From positions 35,208 to 99,207 of the forward strand of contig CACCLB010000007.1 in assembly GCA_902546725.1 (NCBI GenBank): 64,000 bases of DNA, written 5' to 3'. The notes under the pieces were generated by a model, which was not told the origin of the DNA, did not search any database, and worked only from the letters and a program-made list of their open reading frames with translations. Source of the DNA: an uncultured Bacteroidota bacterium (GTDB taxonomy: Bacteria; Bacteroidota; Bacteroidia; Flavobacteriales; Flavobacteriaceae). Shown one piece after another: positions 51,123-60,880 of the stretch; position 1 is the first letter of the stretch; each line of letters opens with the position of its first letter. A program made the translations under genes and the position numbers.

Positions 51123-52319
51123 TTAAGGTTTTAATTGATATTGTAATGGTTTTGCAAATTGATTCCAAGCTTGTTCAGCCGATGCAACTTCCATTTTTCC
51201 ATCGTAAACAATCAGTTGGTATTTAAGAGTATATGTTTTTCCTGGTTCAAATGTCCAATCCGTTGTTTTAGTAGTGGCGAAATTGACAAAGAGGTCTCCT
51301 CTCCGGTATTGATCCTCTGGCCAAACTCTTAAGGGTTCTGGATGATTGTAATTTTCAGGATGTGAGAGCATTAGCGCGCCTCCATGCCCATCGTTTAATT
51401 TTCCATCAACGATACACCAACGGGCTGTACTCCCGTCTGCATTTTTTCGAGTATTCCCCTCAGAACTCAAGACCCTGCTGTTTTGGTTGTCCCATTCTTC
51501 TGTGGTACGCCATCCAAATCCACCATAGCGGTATTGGATAATTTTAAAGGGTTGATCAGTAGCACATTCATATTGTATGGTAATGTCCATTAAATATTGA
51601 CTTTGATTCAAGGGAAAGACCTTAATATTTTGGATTTCATTTAGGGCTAATTTATCGGCATCATTCTTTAAAACAATATGTTCGTGCAGTACTTCAAATT
51701 CACTAAATACAGGACCCGTATTTTTCTTTAACATCTCAGCAAAGCGAACCGTCCCTTGCTTTTTGTACAAGTTCCAAAAATCTAAGGTATCTCCTTCAAA
51801 CAGAGTATGTGTCCAAGGATTCCAAATACCGTAATGGTGATAGTGATCTTCCGGTTGAATTCGAGTTAATCGTTTTCCTCTAGGGGTATTTACTGGATGT
51901 AAATAGCCACTTCTCTGATAATTTTCACTCACTCCTTTTGGTACTCCTTTAATTGCCATTTGGTATCCAATAATCTTTCTTTCGTTTTGGTAAATTTCAA
52001 GTTGCCCCTCATTTTCAGAAATCTTAATTGCTGAATGAGTAATGGGAGCTTGCTTTTCGATAAAATAGCTCGCATCAGGAGTCAGTGTCTTCCACAGAAT
52101 TTTATTTTCGTTTCTCTGATAAGGTATTTCTACTTTTTCAGAGGCAGTACTTGCCATAAGTCGAAACGGACTGTTTAATAAATCTTTGTCGAGTTCAATA
52201 CTCGCTATGGCATTGGAACTGTATTTTTCTTTATTAATGGCTTGAAGTTCAATCTCTGTCTTGGCGCAGGAGAGGATTCCAAATCCCATTAAGAGTAAAA
52301 TAACTAACTGTTGTCTCAT
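51123..52319 (-). CDS. PmoA-like / DUF6807 family lipoprotein
   Basis: A lipobox (ILSCAK) and a His-rich segment (EDHYHHYGIWNPWTH). The family was recognised by eye. Confidence 0.5.
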   Translation of the reverse strand: MRQQLVILLLMGFGILSCAKTEIELQAINKEKYSSNAIASIELDKDLLNSPFRLMASTASEKVEIPYQRNENKILWKTLTPDASYFIEKQAPITHSAIKISENEGQLEIYQNERKIIGYQMAIKGVPKGVSENYQRSGYLHPVNTPRGKRLTRIQPEDHYHHYGIWNPWTHTLFEGDTLDFWNLYKKQGTVRFAEMLKKNTGPVFSEFEVLHEHIVLKNDADKLALNEIQNIKVFPLNQSQYLMDITIQYECATDQPFKIIQYRYGGFGWRTTEEWDNQNSRVLSSEGNTRKNADGSTARWCIVDGKLNDGHGGALMLSHPENYNHPEPLRVWPEDQYRRGDLFVNFATTKTTDWTFEPGKTYTLKYQLIVYDGKMEVASAEQAWNQFAKPLQYQLKP

Positions 52320-53335
52320 GATAGTTCTAATTTAATAATTTGTTTTTTTTCAGAGGCTTTGTAAATGGCTTCAATGAGTGCTACCGATTTTCTTGCTTCT
52401 TTGGCGTTCACTAAGGGTTCTTTATCTTCTAAAACAGACTTAATAAAGTCGTCAATGACTGCCTGATGCAATTCAATGCTGTTTAATTTAGCAGAACCAC
52501 TAGTCAGGTTGTTTCGCAGATTTGCCGTTGGTTTCCAGCCTGGGAGAGAACAGGAGCGTATCAGTCCCCCTTCAAAGACCATATTTCCTTTCGTTCCATA
52601 TACTGTGATGGACTCTGGGTAACCTGGATATAAACAGGTGCCAGCGCTAAGTGTTCCCAAAGCACCCCTTTGAAAAGTTAAATGTGCTACAGCCAAATCT
52701 TCTCCTTCAATATCGTGTGTTTTGGTCTCTACTTGAGCTCCTACACTCCTTACAGCTCCCATCAAATCTATCAAAAGATCAAGCGGATGTATGCTTTGAT
52801 TTATTAATGCTGCTCCACCGTCTAGAGCAATGGTTCCTCTCCAGTTGTTGCTTTTGTAATAGTTGTCATCAAGGTACCAATTGACTTGAGTATTTACCAG
52901 TAAAACTTCACCGAGTTTAACTGATTGTATCGTTTTTTTAAATGCGATATAGTTGGGATTCATTCTATTCTGAAAAACTACACCTAAGCTTATTTTTTGC
53001 CCATTGAGTTTGTCAATTATTGAATCAATTTTAGAGAGTGTGGTTTCTAAAGGTTTTTCGCTTAGTATATGTTTTTTAGCTTCTATTGCTTGTAAAATAC
53101 TTTTACCATGAAGTCCGCTCTCATTGCAGATGCAAACTGCATCAAGTGCAGTTTGACTGTAAAATATCGCAGAATCTGTAAAAACCTCAATGTTGAATTT
53201 TTCTGCTAGTGATTTGGCATTGTTTTTTGAGCGAGTTAATATACCTGCTAAGTGAGCATTGGATTGTGCTTCAATACAAGCTGCATGCACTTCAGCAATA
53301 GCTCCACTTGCGACAATCCCAATTCCTAAATTCAT
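52316..53335 (-). CDS. cytoplasmic Gfo/Idh/MocA family oxidoreductase
   Basis: Rossmann N-terminus (GIGIVASGAIAEVHA) with no signal peptide. It has an ATGA overlap with the next gene. Confidence 0.85.
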   Translation of the reverse strand: MNLGIGIVASGAIAEVHAACIEAQSNAHLAGILTRSKNNAKSLAEKFNIEVFTDSAIFYSQTALDAVCICNESGLHGKSILQAIEAKKHILSEKPLETTLSKIDSIIDKLNGQKISLGVVFQNRMNPNYIAFKKTIQSVKLGEVLLVNTQVNWYLDDNYYKSNNWRGTIALDGGAALINQSIHPLDLLIDLMGAVRSVGAQVETKTHDIEGEDLAVAHLTFQRGALGTLSAGTCLYPGYPESITVYGTKGNMVFEGGLIRSCSLPGWKPTANLRNNLTSGSAKLNSIELHQAVIDDFIKSVLEDKEPLVNAKEARKSVALIEAIYKASEKKQIIKLELS

Positions 53336-53338
53336 TTT

Positions 53339-54964
53339 CTAAAGTGACACTCCTCGTTTCCAAGGGATAAAATCGTTTTGTTTTAATTGAACTGCTTTTG
53401 GTATTTCTTCCCCACTAGCTACCTTGATTATGTATTCCAATAAGGCATCACCAACTTCTTCAAGGCTTTGTCTTTCAGTGATTATTGTTCCACAGTCAAA
53501 ATCAATGATATCACTCATCTTTTTTGTTAGAATACTGTTTGAACTTACTTTAATAACAGGGGTAATAGGGTTACCTGTAGGGGTTCCTAAGCCTGTGGTG
53601 AACAAAATAATATTTGCTCCAGATCCAGCAAGAGCTGTGGTACTCTCCACATCGTTTCCAGGGGTACATAATAAAGAGACTCCGGGAATGGTGGCATATT
53701 CAGTATAATCCAGCACATTACTGATTGGTGCATTCCCTGCTTTTTTTGCAGCTCCAGCAGATTTCATAGCATCAGTTATTAATCCATCTTTTATATTACC
53801 TGGTGAAGGGTTCATATCAAAACCTGAACCTACGCTGGCTGCAGCAAGTTCATATTGTTGCATTAAATTTAAAAACTTAATTGCTAAGGGTTCGCTTGTA
53901 CAACGGTTGACTAACTCTTGCTCAACTCCTGTCAATTCTGGGAATTCACCTAAAATTGACTTACCACCGAGGTCAGAAAGTATATCCGACACCTGCCCCA
54001 AAGTTGGATTGGATGTAATACCAGAAAATCCATCAGAGCCACCACATTCGAGACCTATGGTGAGTTTGGAAAGTGGAGCGGGAGATCTTTTTATTTCATT
54101 TGCTTTTTTAATTTCTTCAAAAGAGTTTTTAATGATTTTAGATAAAAAGGCATCAACTGTTCCCTCTGTTTGTTGGTCGTAAATCAGCACAGGTTTTTCT
54201 TTTCCCGACTGAAGGTTGGACAAGGCTTCCTTAAAAATATCGATTTCAAGATTCTGACAGCCTAAACTTAAGACCGTAGCCCCTGCAACATTTGGATTAT
54301 TGACATAACCCGCTAATAGTCTAGCCAAGGACTGGGCGTCTTGGCGTGTTCCACCACACCCTCCTTGATGCGTTAGAAATCGCACTTTGATATTGTCGTA
54401 ATCGTTGGACTTTTTTGAAGCTTTGGAAGCTGAATTCTCTTTTACTAGTTCACCATTTACAAGCTGACTGAGCAATTCCTGTAAAGGTTCTTTTTCTGGA
54501 GGATTGAATTCTTTTTCAAAAATAGTTTTAAGGGTTTCAATATTTCTATTTTCACAAAATACCAGTGGGAAAAATAGCCAAATATTATCTGTTCCCACCT
54601 GACCATCAGGACGATGATATCCCATAAAAAACCGTTCTTCCCATTTTTTAGAGTCAGGGGGTGTCCATTCCCAAGCAGCTGTTTTACCTTTTACCTCCTG
54701 AGTTTTGTGTTTTATATTATCTGTGGTTAAAAGTCCACCTTGGGGTATGGATTTTGTAGCTTCTCCAACGAGCACTCCGTACATATATATTGAATCTTGC
54801 TCAGTAAAAGCCTCACAAGCAAACTTGTGTTTGAGTGGAATAGTCTCTTCAAGTTTAAATGAAGCCCCATCCAGCTGAATTTGGTACCCTTTACTAATAT
54901 TGTCTAAAGCAACAGCTACATTGTCTTTAGGGTTAATTTTTAAAAATGGATTTCTAGTAGTCAT
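53339..54964 (-). CDS. uxaA: altronate dehydratase (UxaA family)
   Basis: SAF N-domain (INPKDNVAVAL) and the UxaA C-domain. The ATG at 54964 is preferred over the track start at 54991. Confidence 0.9.
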   Translation of the reverse strand: MTTRNPFLKINPKDNVAVALDNISKGYQIQLDGASFKLEETIPLKHKFACEAFTEQDSIYMYGVLVGEATKSIPQGGLLTTDNIKHKTQEVKGKTAAWEWTPPDSKKWEERFFMGYHRPDGQVGTDNIWLFFPLVFCENRNIETLKTIFEKEFNPPEKEPLQELLSQLVNGELVKENSASKASKKSNDYDNIKVRFLTHQGGCGGTRQDAQSLARLLAGYVNNPNVAGATVLSLGCQNLEIDIFKEALSNLQSGKEKPVLIYDQQTEGTVDAFLSKIIKNSFEEIKKANEIKRSPAPLSKLTIGLECGGSDGFSGITSNPTLGQVSDILSDLGGKSILGEFPELTGVEQELVNRCTSEPLAIKFLNLMQQYELAAASVGSGFDMNPSPGNIKDGLITDAMKSAGAAKKAGNAPISNVLDYTEYATIPGVSLLCTPGNDVESTTALAGSGANIILFTTGLGTPTGNPITPVIKVSSNSILTKKMSDIIDFDCGTIITERQSLEEVGDALLEYIIKVASGEEIPKAVQLKQNDFIPWKRGVSL

Positions 54965-56408
54965 ATTTGTTAATGTAACTATTAAATGCACTTTCGATAT
55001 TTCCTGTGGCTAAAAAATCTAAAATATCCTCCAGTTGCATTGCTAAATTTGGAATTTGGGTAAGGTCTTGATCCCAGAACTCTTTCTTGGAAAGTACTCT
55101 GGATACTACAGCTTTGGAATTATTTTTTTTCCAAAGACTTTCAAATTCTTCTACAACCTTTTTATCGTCTTGAACTGGTAGTTCTGATCCGTTCCAATTC
55201 CCTTTGTAAAACCTCAAAAGAGAGCCAAAGGAAAACACAAGATGCGGAGGTAGTAGTATGTTTTTTTCTTGATATACCAATAAACTAGGTAAGACCCTTA
55301 CCTTAAATTTAGAGATTGAATTGAGGGCTATACTGGCGAGATAATGTTTAATAAAAGGGTTTTTAAATCGATCGAAAACAGCTTCGGTAAATTGATGCAG
55401 GCTAGCACTATCCATATCCAAAGTTGGAGCGACTTCATTTCTAATCGCATCTTCTAAAAAGGATTTGGTGAATGAAGAGGTGAATATATCACTTACCGTT
55501 TGGTGTCCGTAAAGAATGGATAAAGGAACCAATGCAGTATGTGCACCGTTTAAAATTCTCACTTTTTGAGTTCTATAAGATTGTAAATCCTTTACAATTT
55601 TAATGTCCAAGTAAATTTGATCTACACTGAGTTTTTCTTTAAGACGCTCATCACCTTCGATTACCCATAAAAAGAAAGGTTCTGCGGTAACTAATAGTGC
55701 ATCTTTATATGCCAATTGATTTTCGTAAAAACTGAGGTTCTCTTTTGGATAACCCGGTACAATGCGATCTACTAAGCTGTTGCAGAAGGTGATTGCATTT
55801 TGAATCCATTCTTTAAATTGCCCCTCTAGCTCCCATAAATCGACATACTGTAATATTATTTTTTTTAAAGTAGTGGCATTGTAGTTGATCAATTCGCAAG
55901 GTATGATGTAAAGCCCTGCATTGGAATTAGCCTCAAAATGAGTAAAGCGTTCCCAGAGCCAGCGCGTTAATTTTGCAGGATAACTTTTAGGAGGAGTGGC
56001 GTCAAATTGATCGGTAGGATCAAATACTATACCTGCTTCGGTGGTATTGGAAAAAATAAATTCCAATTCAGGAATTTTGGCAAGCTCTAAGAAGGAGTTG
56101 AAATCCTCGTAAGGATTGTTGGTTGCCACAATGTTTTCAATCAGTATTTTTTCTTGTACTTCCTTGCCTTTTTGAATGCCGTTTAAAAATAAGGTGTAAG
56201 CTCCCCCTTGTCGATCAAGTTCTGAGATCAATCCATTTGCTATGGGTTGAACTACAGCAATACCTCCATTATAATTAGTCTTTTGATTGAGTTGATGAAT
56301 GACATCTCCGACAAAGGCGCGTAAAAAATTACCTTCACCAAATTGAACTATTTTAATGGGGTGATTACTTTTACTAAAAAGCGGTTTTTTATGGCTAGAG
56401 GTATTCAT
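54954..56408 (-). CDS. uxaB: tagaturonate reductase (altronate oxidoreductase)
   Basis: Long-chain mannitol dehydrogenase family (IVQFGEGNFLRAF). ATG at 56408. Confidence 0.88.
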   Translation of the reverse strand: MNTSSHKKPLFSKSNHPIKIVQFGEGNFLRAFVGDVIHQLNQKTNYNGGIAVVQPIANGLISELDRQGGAYTLFLNGIQKGKEVQEKILIENIVATNNPYEDFNSFLELAKIPELEFIFSNTTEAGIVFDPTDQFDATPPKSYPAKLTRWLWERFTHFEANSNAGLYIIPCELINYNATTLKKIILQYVDLWELEGQFKEWIQNAITFCNSLVDRIVPGYPKENLSFYENQLAYKDALLVTAEPFFLWVIEGDERLKEKLSVDQIYLDIKIVKDLQSYRTQKVRILNGAHTALVPLSILYGHQTVSDIFTSSFTKSFLEDAIRNEVAPTLDMDSASLHQFTEAVFDRFKNPFIKHYLASIALNSISKFKVRVLPSLLVYQEKNILLPPHLVFSFGSLLRFYKGNWNGSELPVQDDKKVVEEFESLWKKNNSKAVVSRVLSKKEFWDQDLTQIPNLAMQLEDILDFLATGNIESAFNSYINKYDY

Positions 56409-56420
56409 CAAAGCGGTGTA

Positions 56421-57716
56421 TTAAAATCCAAATTTATGAGGCAGCCACAAAGTAATTTGAGGGAAAAAGGTAATGAGTAATAAGGCTATTATCATCGCTA
56501 TAAATAGGGGTAAAAGAGGCTTAATTACTCGTTCTATACTTGTTTTAGCTATACCGATTCCAACGAAGAGAACAGAGCCTACAGGTGGAGTACACAATCC
56601 TATACAAAGGTTGAGTACCATAATGATCCCAAATTGTATAGGGTCTATACCTAAGGACTTGACAACGGGGAGAAAAATCGGTGTAAAAATCAATACCGCA
56701 GGGGTCATATCCATAAATATTCCAACAAAAAGCAGCAATAAGTTGATGATGATGAGGATGACGACTTTATTGTCACTGATGCTCAACAATACATCACTGA
56801 GGTTTTGGGGAATATTTTCATAGGACATGATCCATGACATACTCATAGATGCTGCGATTAAAAGCATGACAACAGCACTAGTTTTGGATGATTCCAATAA
56901 AATTTTCGGCAAGTCTTTTACTCGAATTTCTTTATACGCAAATCCCAAAACTAATGTATAGAGTACTGCAACAGCAGATGCTTCAGTAGCTGTAAAGTAA
57001 CCTGCAACAATTCCTCCAATAACGATAAACAGCAGCAGTAAACTTGGGAAAGCAATTATAAATGTTTTAAGCACTTGTGAAAGGCTACTTCTTTTAAAGG
57101 TTGGATAGCCTTTTCTTTTGGCCCATATAGCCGCTACTAGCATGAGAAAAAAAACAGTCAATATTCCTGGGATGTATCCTGCAAGGAATAAGGCTGCTAT
57201 GGAAACACCACCACTAGCCAATGAATAAACTATAAGCACATTACTTGGGGGAATGACCAATCCTATGGTTGCTGAAGTGATATTGACTGCAGCTCCGTAC
57301 TCTTTATCGTAGCCCTCTTTTTCCATTTCTGGGCCGAGTATACTCCCCATAGCAGAAGCTGATGCCATGGCTGAACCTGCAATAGCCCCCATAAGCATGG
57401 CAGAGATAATATTGATCAATGCAAGACCACCTGGTAGAGCACCTACTATAGTTTTGGCAAAGCTGATTAAACGATCGGCGATGCCCCCATGGGTCATCAG
57501 TTGCCCTGAAAGGACAAAGAAGGGTATCGCAAGTAGCGCAAAGCTGTCGAGACCTGTTCCCATTCGCTGGGCGATTGTTGTTACAGCAGCCAAACTAGGG
57601 ATGGAAATCAATATGGTTAAAAGTGAAGAGATCGCGATACTCCATGCTACTGGAGTACCAATTGATATAAAAAAGATAAAACTAAGTACGAGTACTATTA
57701 CTGGTAATAAATCCAT
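56421..57716 (-). CDS. dctM: TRAP transporter large permease subunit
   Basis: 431 aa polytopic DctM-type protein. Confidence 0.92.
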   Translation of the reverse strand: MDLLPVIVLVLSFIFFISIGTPVAWSIAISSLLTILISIPSLAAVTTIAQRMGTGLDSFALLAIPFFVLSGQLMTHGGIADRLISFAKTIVGALPGGLALINIISAMLMGAIAGSAMASASAMGSILGPEMEKEGYDKEYGAAVNITSATIGLVIPPSNVLIVYSLASGGVSIAALFLAGYIPGILTVFFLMLVAAIWAKRKGYPTFKRSSLSQVLKTFIIAFPSLLLLFIVIGGIVAGYFTATEASAVAVLYTLVLGFAYKEIRVKDLPKILLESSKTSAVVMLLIAASMSMSWIMSYENIPQNLSDVLLSISDNKVVILIIINLLLLFVGIFMDMTPAVLIFTPIFLPVVKSLGIDPIQFGIIMVLNLCIGLCTPPVGSVLFVGIGIAKTSIERVIKPLLPLFIAMIIALLLITFFPQITLWLPHKFGF

Positions 57717-57722
57717 AAATCT

Positions 57723-58181
57723 CTATTTCTCTTTATGAGTGAGTTTGTAAAAAATAATTAAAAGTCCACTGAGAGGGATAACCCCATAAACAACCGCTAA
57801 TGGAATTTTTAACGAAGGCGAAAACTGTTCTAATTTAGTTGTGATATAAACCAATCGACTTCCTCCTACAACCATTCCAAAAAAGGCAAAGCTGAGAACA
57901 GCAACAGAAATAAATTTAGAGATTAGTTTTTGTTTTGAAGCCGAAACCTTTTTAGCAAAAAAATCAATGGCTACATGTTCATTTTTACCGGCAACATAGG
58001 CTGCTCCAAGGATACCTAACCAGATCATTAAATAGCGTGCCAGCTCATCGGTAAAGGAGCTGGGTGTAGCTGTAAAAAAACGGGTAAAAACCTGCCACAA
58101 TACATTGATTACCATGATACCTAAGATGGCAATCAAAGCCCATTCAATTATTTTATCTATGGATGCTCTAATTTTTTTCAT
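57723..58181 (-). CDS. dctQ: TRAP transporter small permease subunit
   Basis: 4-TM DctQ-type protein. ATG at 58181; the track's TTG is at 58196. Confidence 0.88.
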   Translation of the reverse strand: MKKIRASIDKIIEWALIAILGIMVINVLWQVFTRFFTATPSSFTDELARYLMIWLGILGAAYVAGKNEHVAIDFFAKKVSASKQKLISKFISVAVLSFAFFGMVVGGSRLVYITTKLEQFSPSLKIPLAVVYGVIPLSGLLIIFYKLTHKEK

Positions 58182-59148
58182 TTCGGATACGGTCAATTAA
58201 TTCAGCAATTTCTGGATCTTCTCTAAAGGACTCATACATGGGTAGAGTGGCTTCTTGAAAGGCTTCTTTTTCTGGGTAGCTCACTTCAACTCCTGCGTCA
58301 ATCACGGCTTGCAAGGATTCATTTTCAGACTCAATCCACAACTCCCGTTGGTAAGGAACTGAAAGGTCAATGGCTTTTTGCAACCATTGTTGCTCTTGTG
58401 TGCTCAATCGATTCCACAGATGAGTACTGACTAATAAAATGTCTGGTATCATAGTGTGTTCGTCGATAATATAGTATTTACAGACCTCATAATGTCGTGA
58501 CAAATAAAAACTAGGGGGATTGTTTTCTGCTCCATCAACAACACCTTGTTGGATAGCAGTATATAATTCTCCCCAAGAAATTGGGGTAGGGGAGCCTCCT
58601 AATTGCTTAACCATTTCAAAGGCTGAAGCACTTTCTTGAACTCTGATTTTAAGTCCTTTAAGATCATCTGGATTTGTTACCGGGCGTTCGCGAGTATAAA
58701 AACTCCGACTGCCAGAATCGTAAAAACCGATTCCTTTGAGCCAAAAGTCATCACCTTCACTTAAAATTTCTTTTCCTATGGGTCCGTCCAACACCTTGAA
58801 CAAATGCTCTTTGCTGTCAAAGAGAAACGGAAGTCCAAAGATTCGGAGTTTTGGCGCAAAGTTTTCCATAACAGCCCCAGATACTTTTGCCATATCTAAA
58901 CTTCCAATTTGAAGTAATTCCAAACACTCTCTCTCGCTTCCCAATTGCTGATTGGGATAGATTTGAATCCGCATTTTGCCTTCAGAAATTTCGTTTAAAT
59001 ACGCATCGGCTTTTAGCATGGCCTGATGAACAGAATGGGTTACGTCTAAGCCGTGTCCGAGACGAATAATCCTCTTATTAGATACTGTATTGCAGCCCAT
59101 AAAGGCGATGCCAAAAAAAACGAATAGTCCTATTAATTTGTGTTTCAT
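58168..59148 (-). CDS. dctP: TRAP transporter substrate-binding protein
   Basis: DctP family with a lipoprotein-type signal (FMGC). Confidence 0.9.
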   Translation of the reverse strand: MKHKLIGLFVFFGIAFMGCNTVSNKRIIRLGHGLDVTHSVHQAMLKADAYLNEISEGKMRIQIYPNQQLGSERECLELLQIGSLDMAKVSGAVMENFAPKLRIFGLPFLFDSKEHLFKVLDGPIGKEILSEGDDFWLKGIGFYDSGSRSFYTRERPVTNPDDLKGLKIRVQESASAFEMVKQLGGSPTPISWGELYTAIQQGVVDGAENNPPSFYLSRHYEVCKYYIIDEHTMIPDILLVSTHLWNRLSTQEQQWLQKAIDLSVPYQRELWIESENESLQAVIDAGVEVSYPEKEAFQEATLPMYESFREDPEIAELIDRIRNEKN

Positions 59149-59819
59149 TGGCTCTGTTTTAAAGTTTGAATCAGGGCCAGTATTTTTTTAATTGTATTTG
59201 AAATCTGATCGTAGTCTTGATTTTTAACCAGTTCTTTTGAAATCAGTTTTGAGCCCAAACCAACACAACTAACCCCAGCATCAAACCAAGCCTTTAAATT
59301 TTCTTTTTCTGTTGTGACTCCTCCGGTAGGCATTATACTTGTCCAAGGCTGTGGACCTTTAATTGCCTTGACAAATTCCGGACCGTAGATATTACCTGGA
59401 AACAGTTTGACAATTTCAGCCCCCATCTCCTCAGCTTTTGCAATTTCAGTCAATGAGCCACAGCCAGGAGACCACAACACTTTTCTTCTATTACAAACTA
59501 TAGCGATATCCTCTCTAAAAACAGGGGTAACGATAAAGTTTGCTCCATTCATTAAATAGTGACTGGCAGAAGCTGCGTCGGTCACAGAGCCTACACCGAT
59601 TATCATACCGGGTAAAGATTCATTTACGAACCGTATGAGTTCTCTAAAAACTTCATGAGCAAAATCACCTCTATGTGTGAATTCTAAAAGCCGTGCACCT
59701 CCTTGGTAACAGGCTTGAACTATATTTTTTGAAATTTCAATATCAGGATCATAAAACAAAGGAATCATGCCGCTATTGTGCATTTCCGTGATGACCTGAT
59801 GTCTTGTATATTGTGCCAT
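59145..59819 (-). CDS. eda: 2-dehydro-3-deoxyphosphogluconate / 4-hydroxy-2-oxoglutarate aldolase
   Basis: KDPG aldolase family (EFTHRGD..., KLFPG, GGV). Confidence 0.88.
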   Translation of the reverse strand: MAQYTRHQVITEMHNSGMIPLFYDPDIEISKNIVQACYQGGARLLEFTHRGDFAHEVFRELIRFVNESLPGMIIGVGSVTDAASASHYLMNGANFIVTPVFREDIAIVCNRRKVLWSPGCGSLTEIAKAEEMGAEIVKLFPGNIYGPEFVKAIKGPQPWTSIMPTGGVTTEKENLKAWFDAGVSCVGLGSKLISKELVKNQDYDQISNTIKKILALIQTLKQSQ

Positions 59820-59827
59820 AATCTTTA

Positions 59828-60868
59828 TTATCGAGCGACACGCCCTGAGGCATCTCCACTCATTAGTTTTTCAACTTCTTCTACTGTAACTAAATTCGCA
59901 TCTCCTTTAATTGTATGCTTTAAGCAGGAAGCCGCAACTGCAAAATTGAGCGCTTGCTGATTGTCTTCAGGAAAAGCAATTAGGCCATAAATCAACCCTC
60001 CCATGAAGGAATCACCTCCTCCAACTCTATCCACAATATGGGTAATTTGGTATTGTGGACTTTCGTACATTTTTTTTCCGTCATAAAGCACTCCAGCCCA
60101 TGTATTATGGGAGGCAGAAATAGAACCTCTAAGAGTAGTAATGACCTTTTGAGCTTTTGGAAATTTTTTCATCATTTGCTTGCAAACGGATTTAAACGCC
60201 TCAGCTTTAACTTCATGGCCTTGTTTGGTGATATTGAGATTTTTCGGTTTGATTCCAAAATGCTTTTCTGCATCCTCTTCATTTCCTAAGATAATATCAC
60301 AGTAGGAGGTCAGTTTTGTCATGATGGCTTCACGATCACCTCCGTAATTCCAAAGTTTAGCTCTGTAGTTTAAATCTGTTGAAATCGTTATTCCCATTTC
60401 GCTTGCCAGTTTAACTGCTTCAAGACAAGCATCGGCTGCACCTTGTGATATAGCAGGTGTAATTCCAGTCCAGTGAAACCATGAAGTATCCTTAAAAATT
60501 GTTTTCCAGTCAACCATACCGGGTTTAATTTCTGCCATAGCAGAATGCGCACGATCATATATCACCTTACTTCCTCTAGAAACTGCACCAGTCTCAAGAA
60601 AGTAAATACCCAATCGATCTCCGCCACGAATAATGTGGTTGGTGTCAACACCTCTTTTTCGCATTTCCATTAGCGCACAGTCTCCAATATCATTATTTGG
60701 AAGGCGACTGACAAAGCTCGAAGCCACACCGTAATTTGCTAGAGAAACTGCGACATTAGATTCGCCCCCGCCATAGACTAGGTCGAACGCATTGGTCTGA
60801 GAGAACCTCAGAAACCCTGGAGGAGAAAGTCGCAACATAATTTCTCCAAAAGTGACTACTTGACTCAT
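59828..60868 (-). CDS. kdgK: 2-dehydro-3-deoxygluconokinase (PfkB family)
   Basis: PfkB motifs (GGGESNVAVSLA, DRVGGGDSF). Confidence 0.88.
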   Translation of the reverse strand: MSQVVTFGEIMLRLSPPGFLRFSQTNAFDLVYGGGESNVAVSLANYGVASSFVSRLPNNDIGDCALMEMRKRGVDTNHIIRGGDRLGIYFLETGAVSRGSKVIYDRAHSAMAEIKPGMVDWKTIFKDTSWFHWTGITPAISQGAADACLEAVKLASEMGITISTDLNYRAKLWNYGGDREAIMTKLTSYCDIILGNEEDAEKHFGIKPKNLNITKQGHEVKAEAFKSVCKQMMKKFPKAQKVITTLRGSISASHNTWAGVLYDGKKMYESPQYQITHIVDRVGGGDSFMGGLIYGLIAFPEDNQQALNFAVAASCLKHTIKGDANLVTVEEVEKLMSGDASGRVAR

Positions 60869-60880
60869 AAAGTTTTCAAT

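Noticed and set aside
57367-57738. Long antisense or alternative-frame ORFs inside known genes could be real. Examples are 57367-57738, 56473-56823, 47357-47770, 14909-15274, 2437-2793, 38649-39029, 49207-49551 and 50685-51029.
   Set aside because: Each lies entirely within, or straddles, a strongly supported conserved gene on the other strand or frame. Their composition is low-complexity or hydrophobic, as expected of shadow ORFs, and they have no recognisable motifs.
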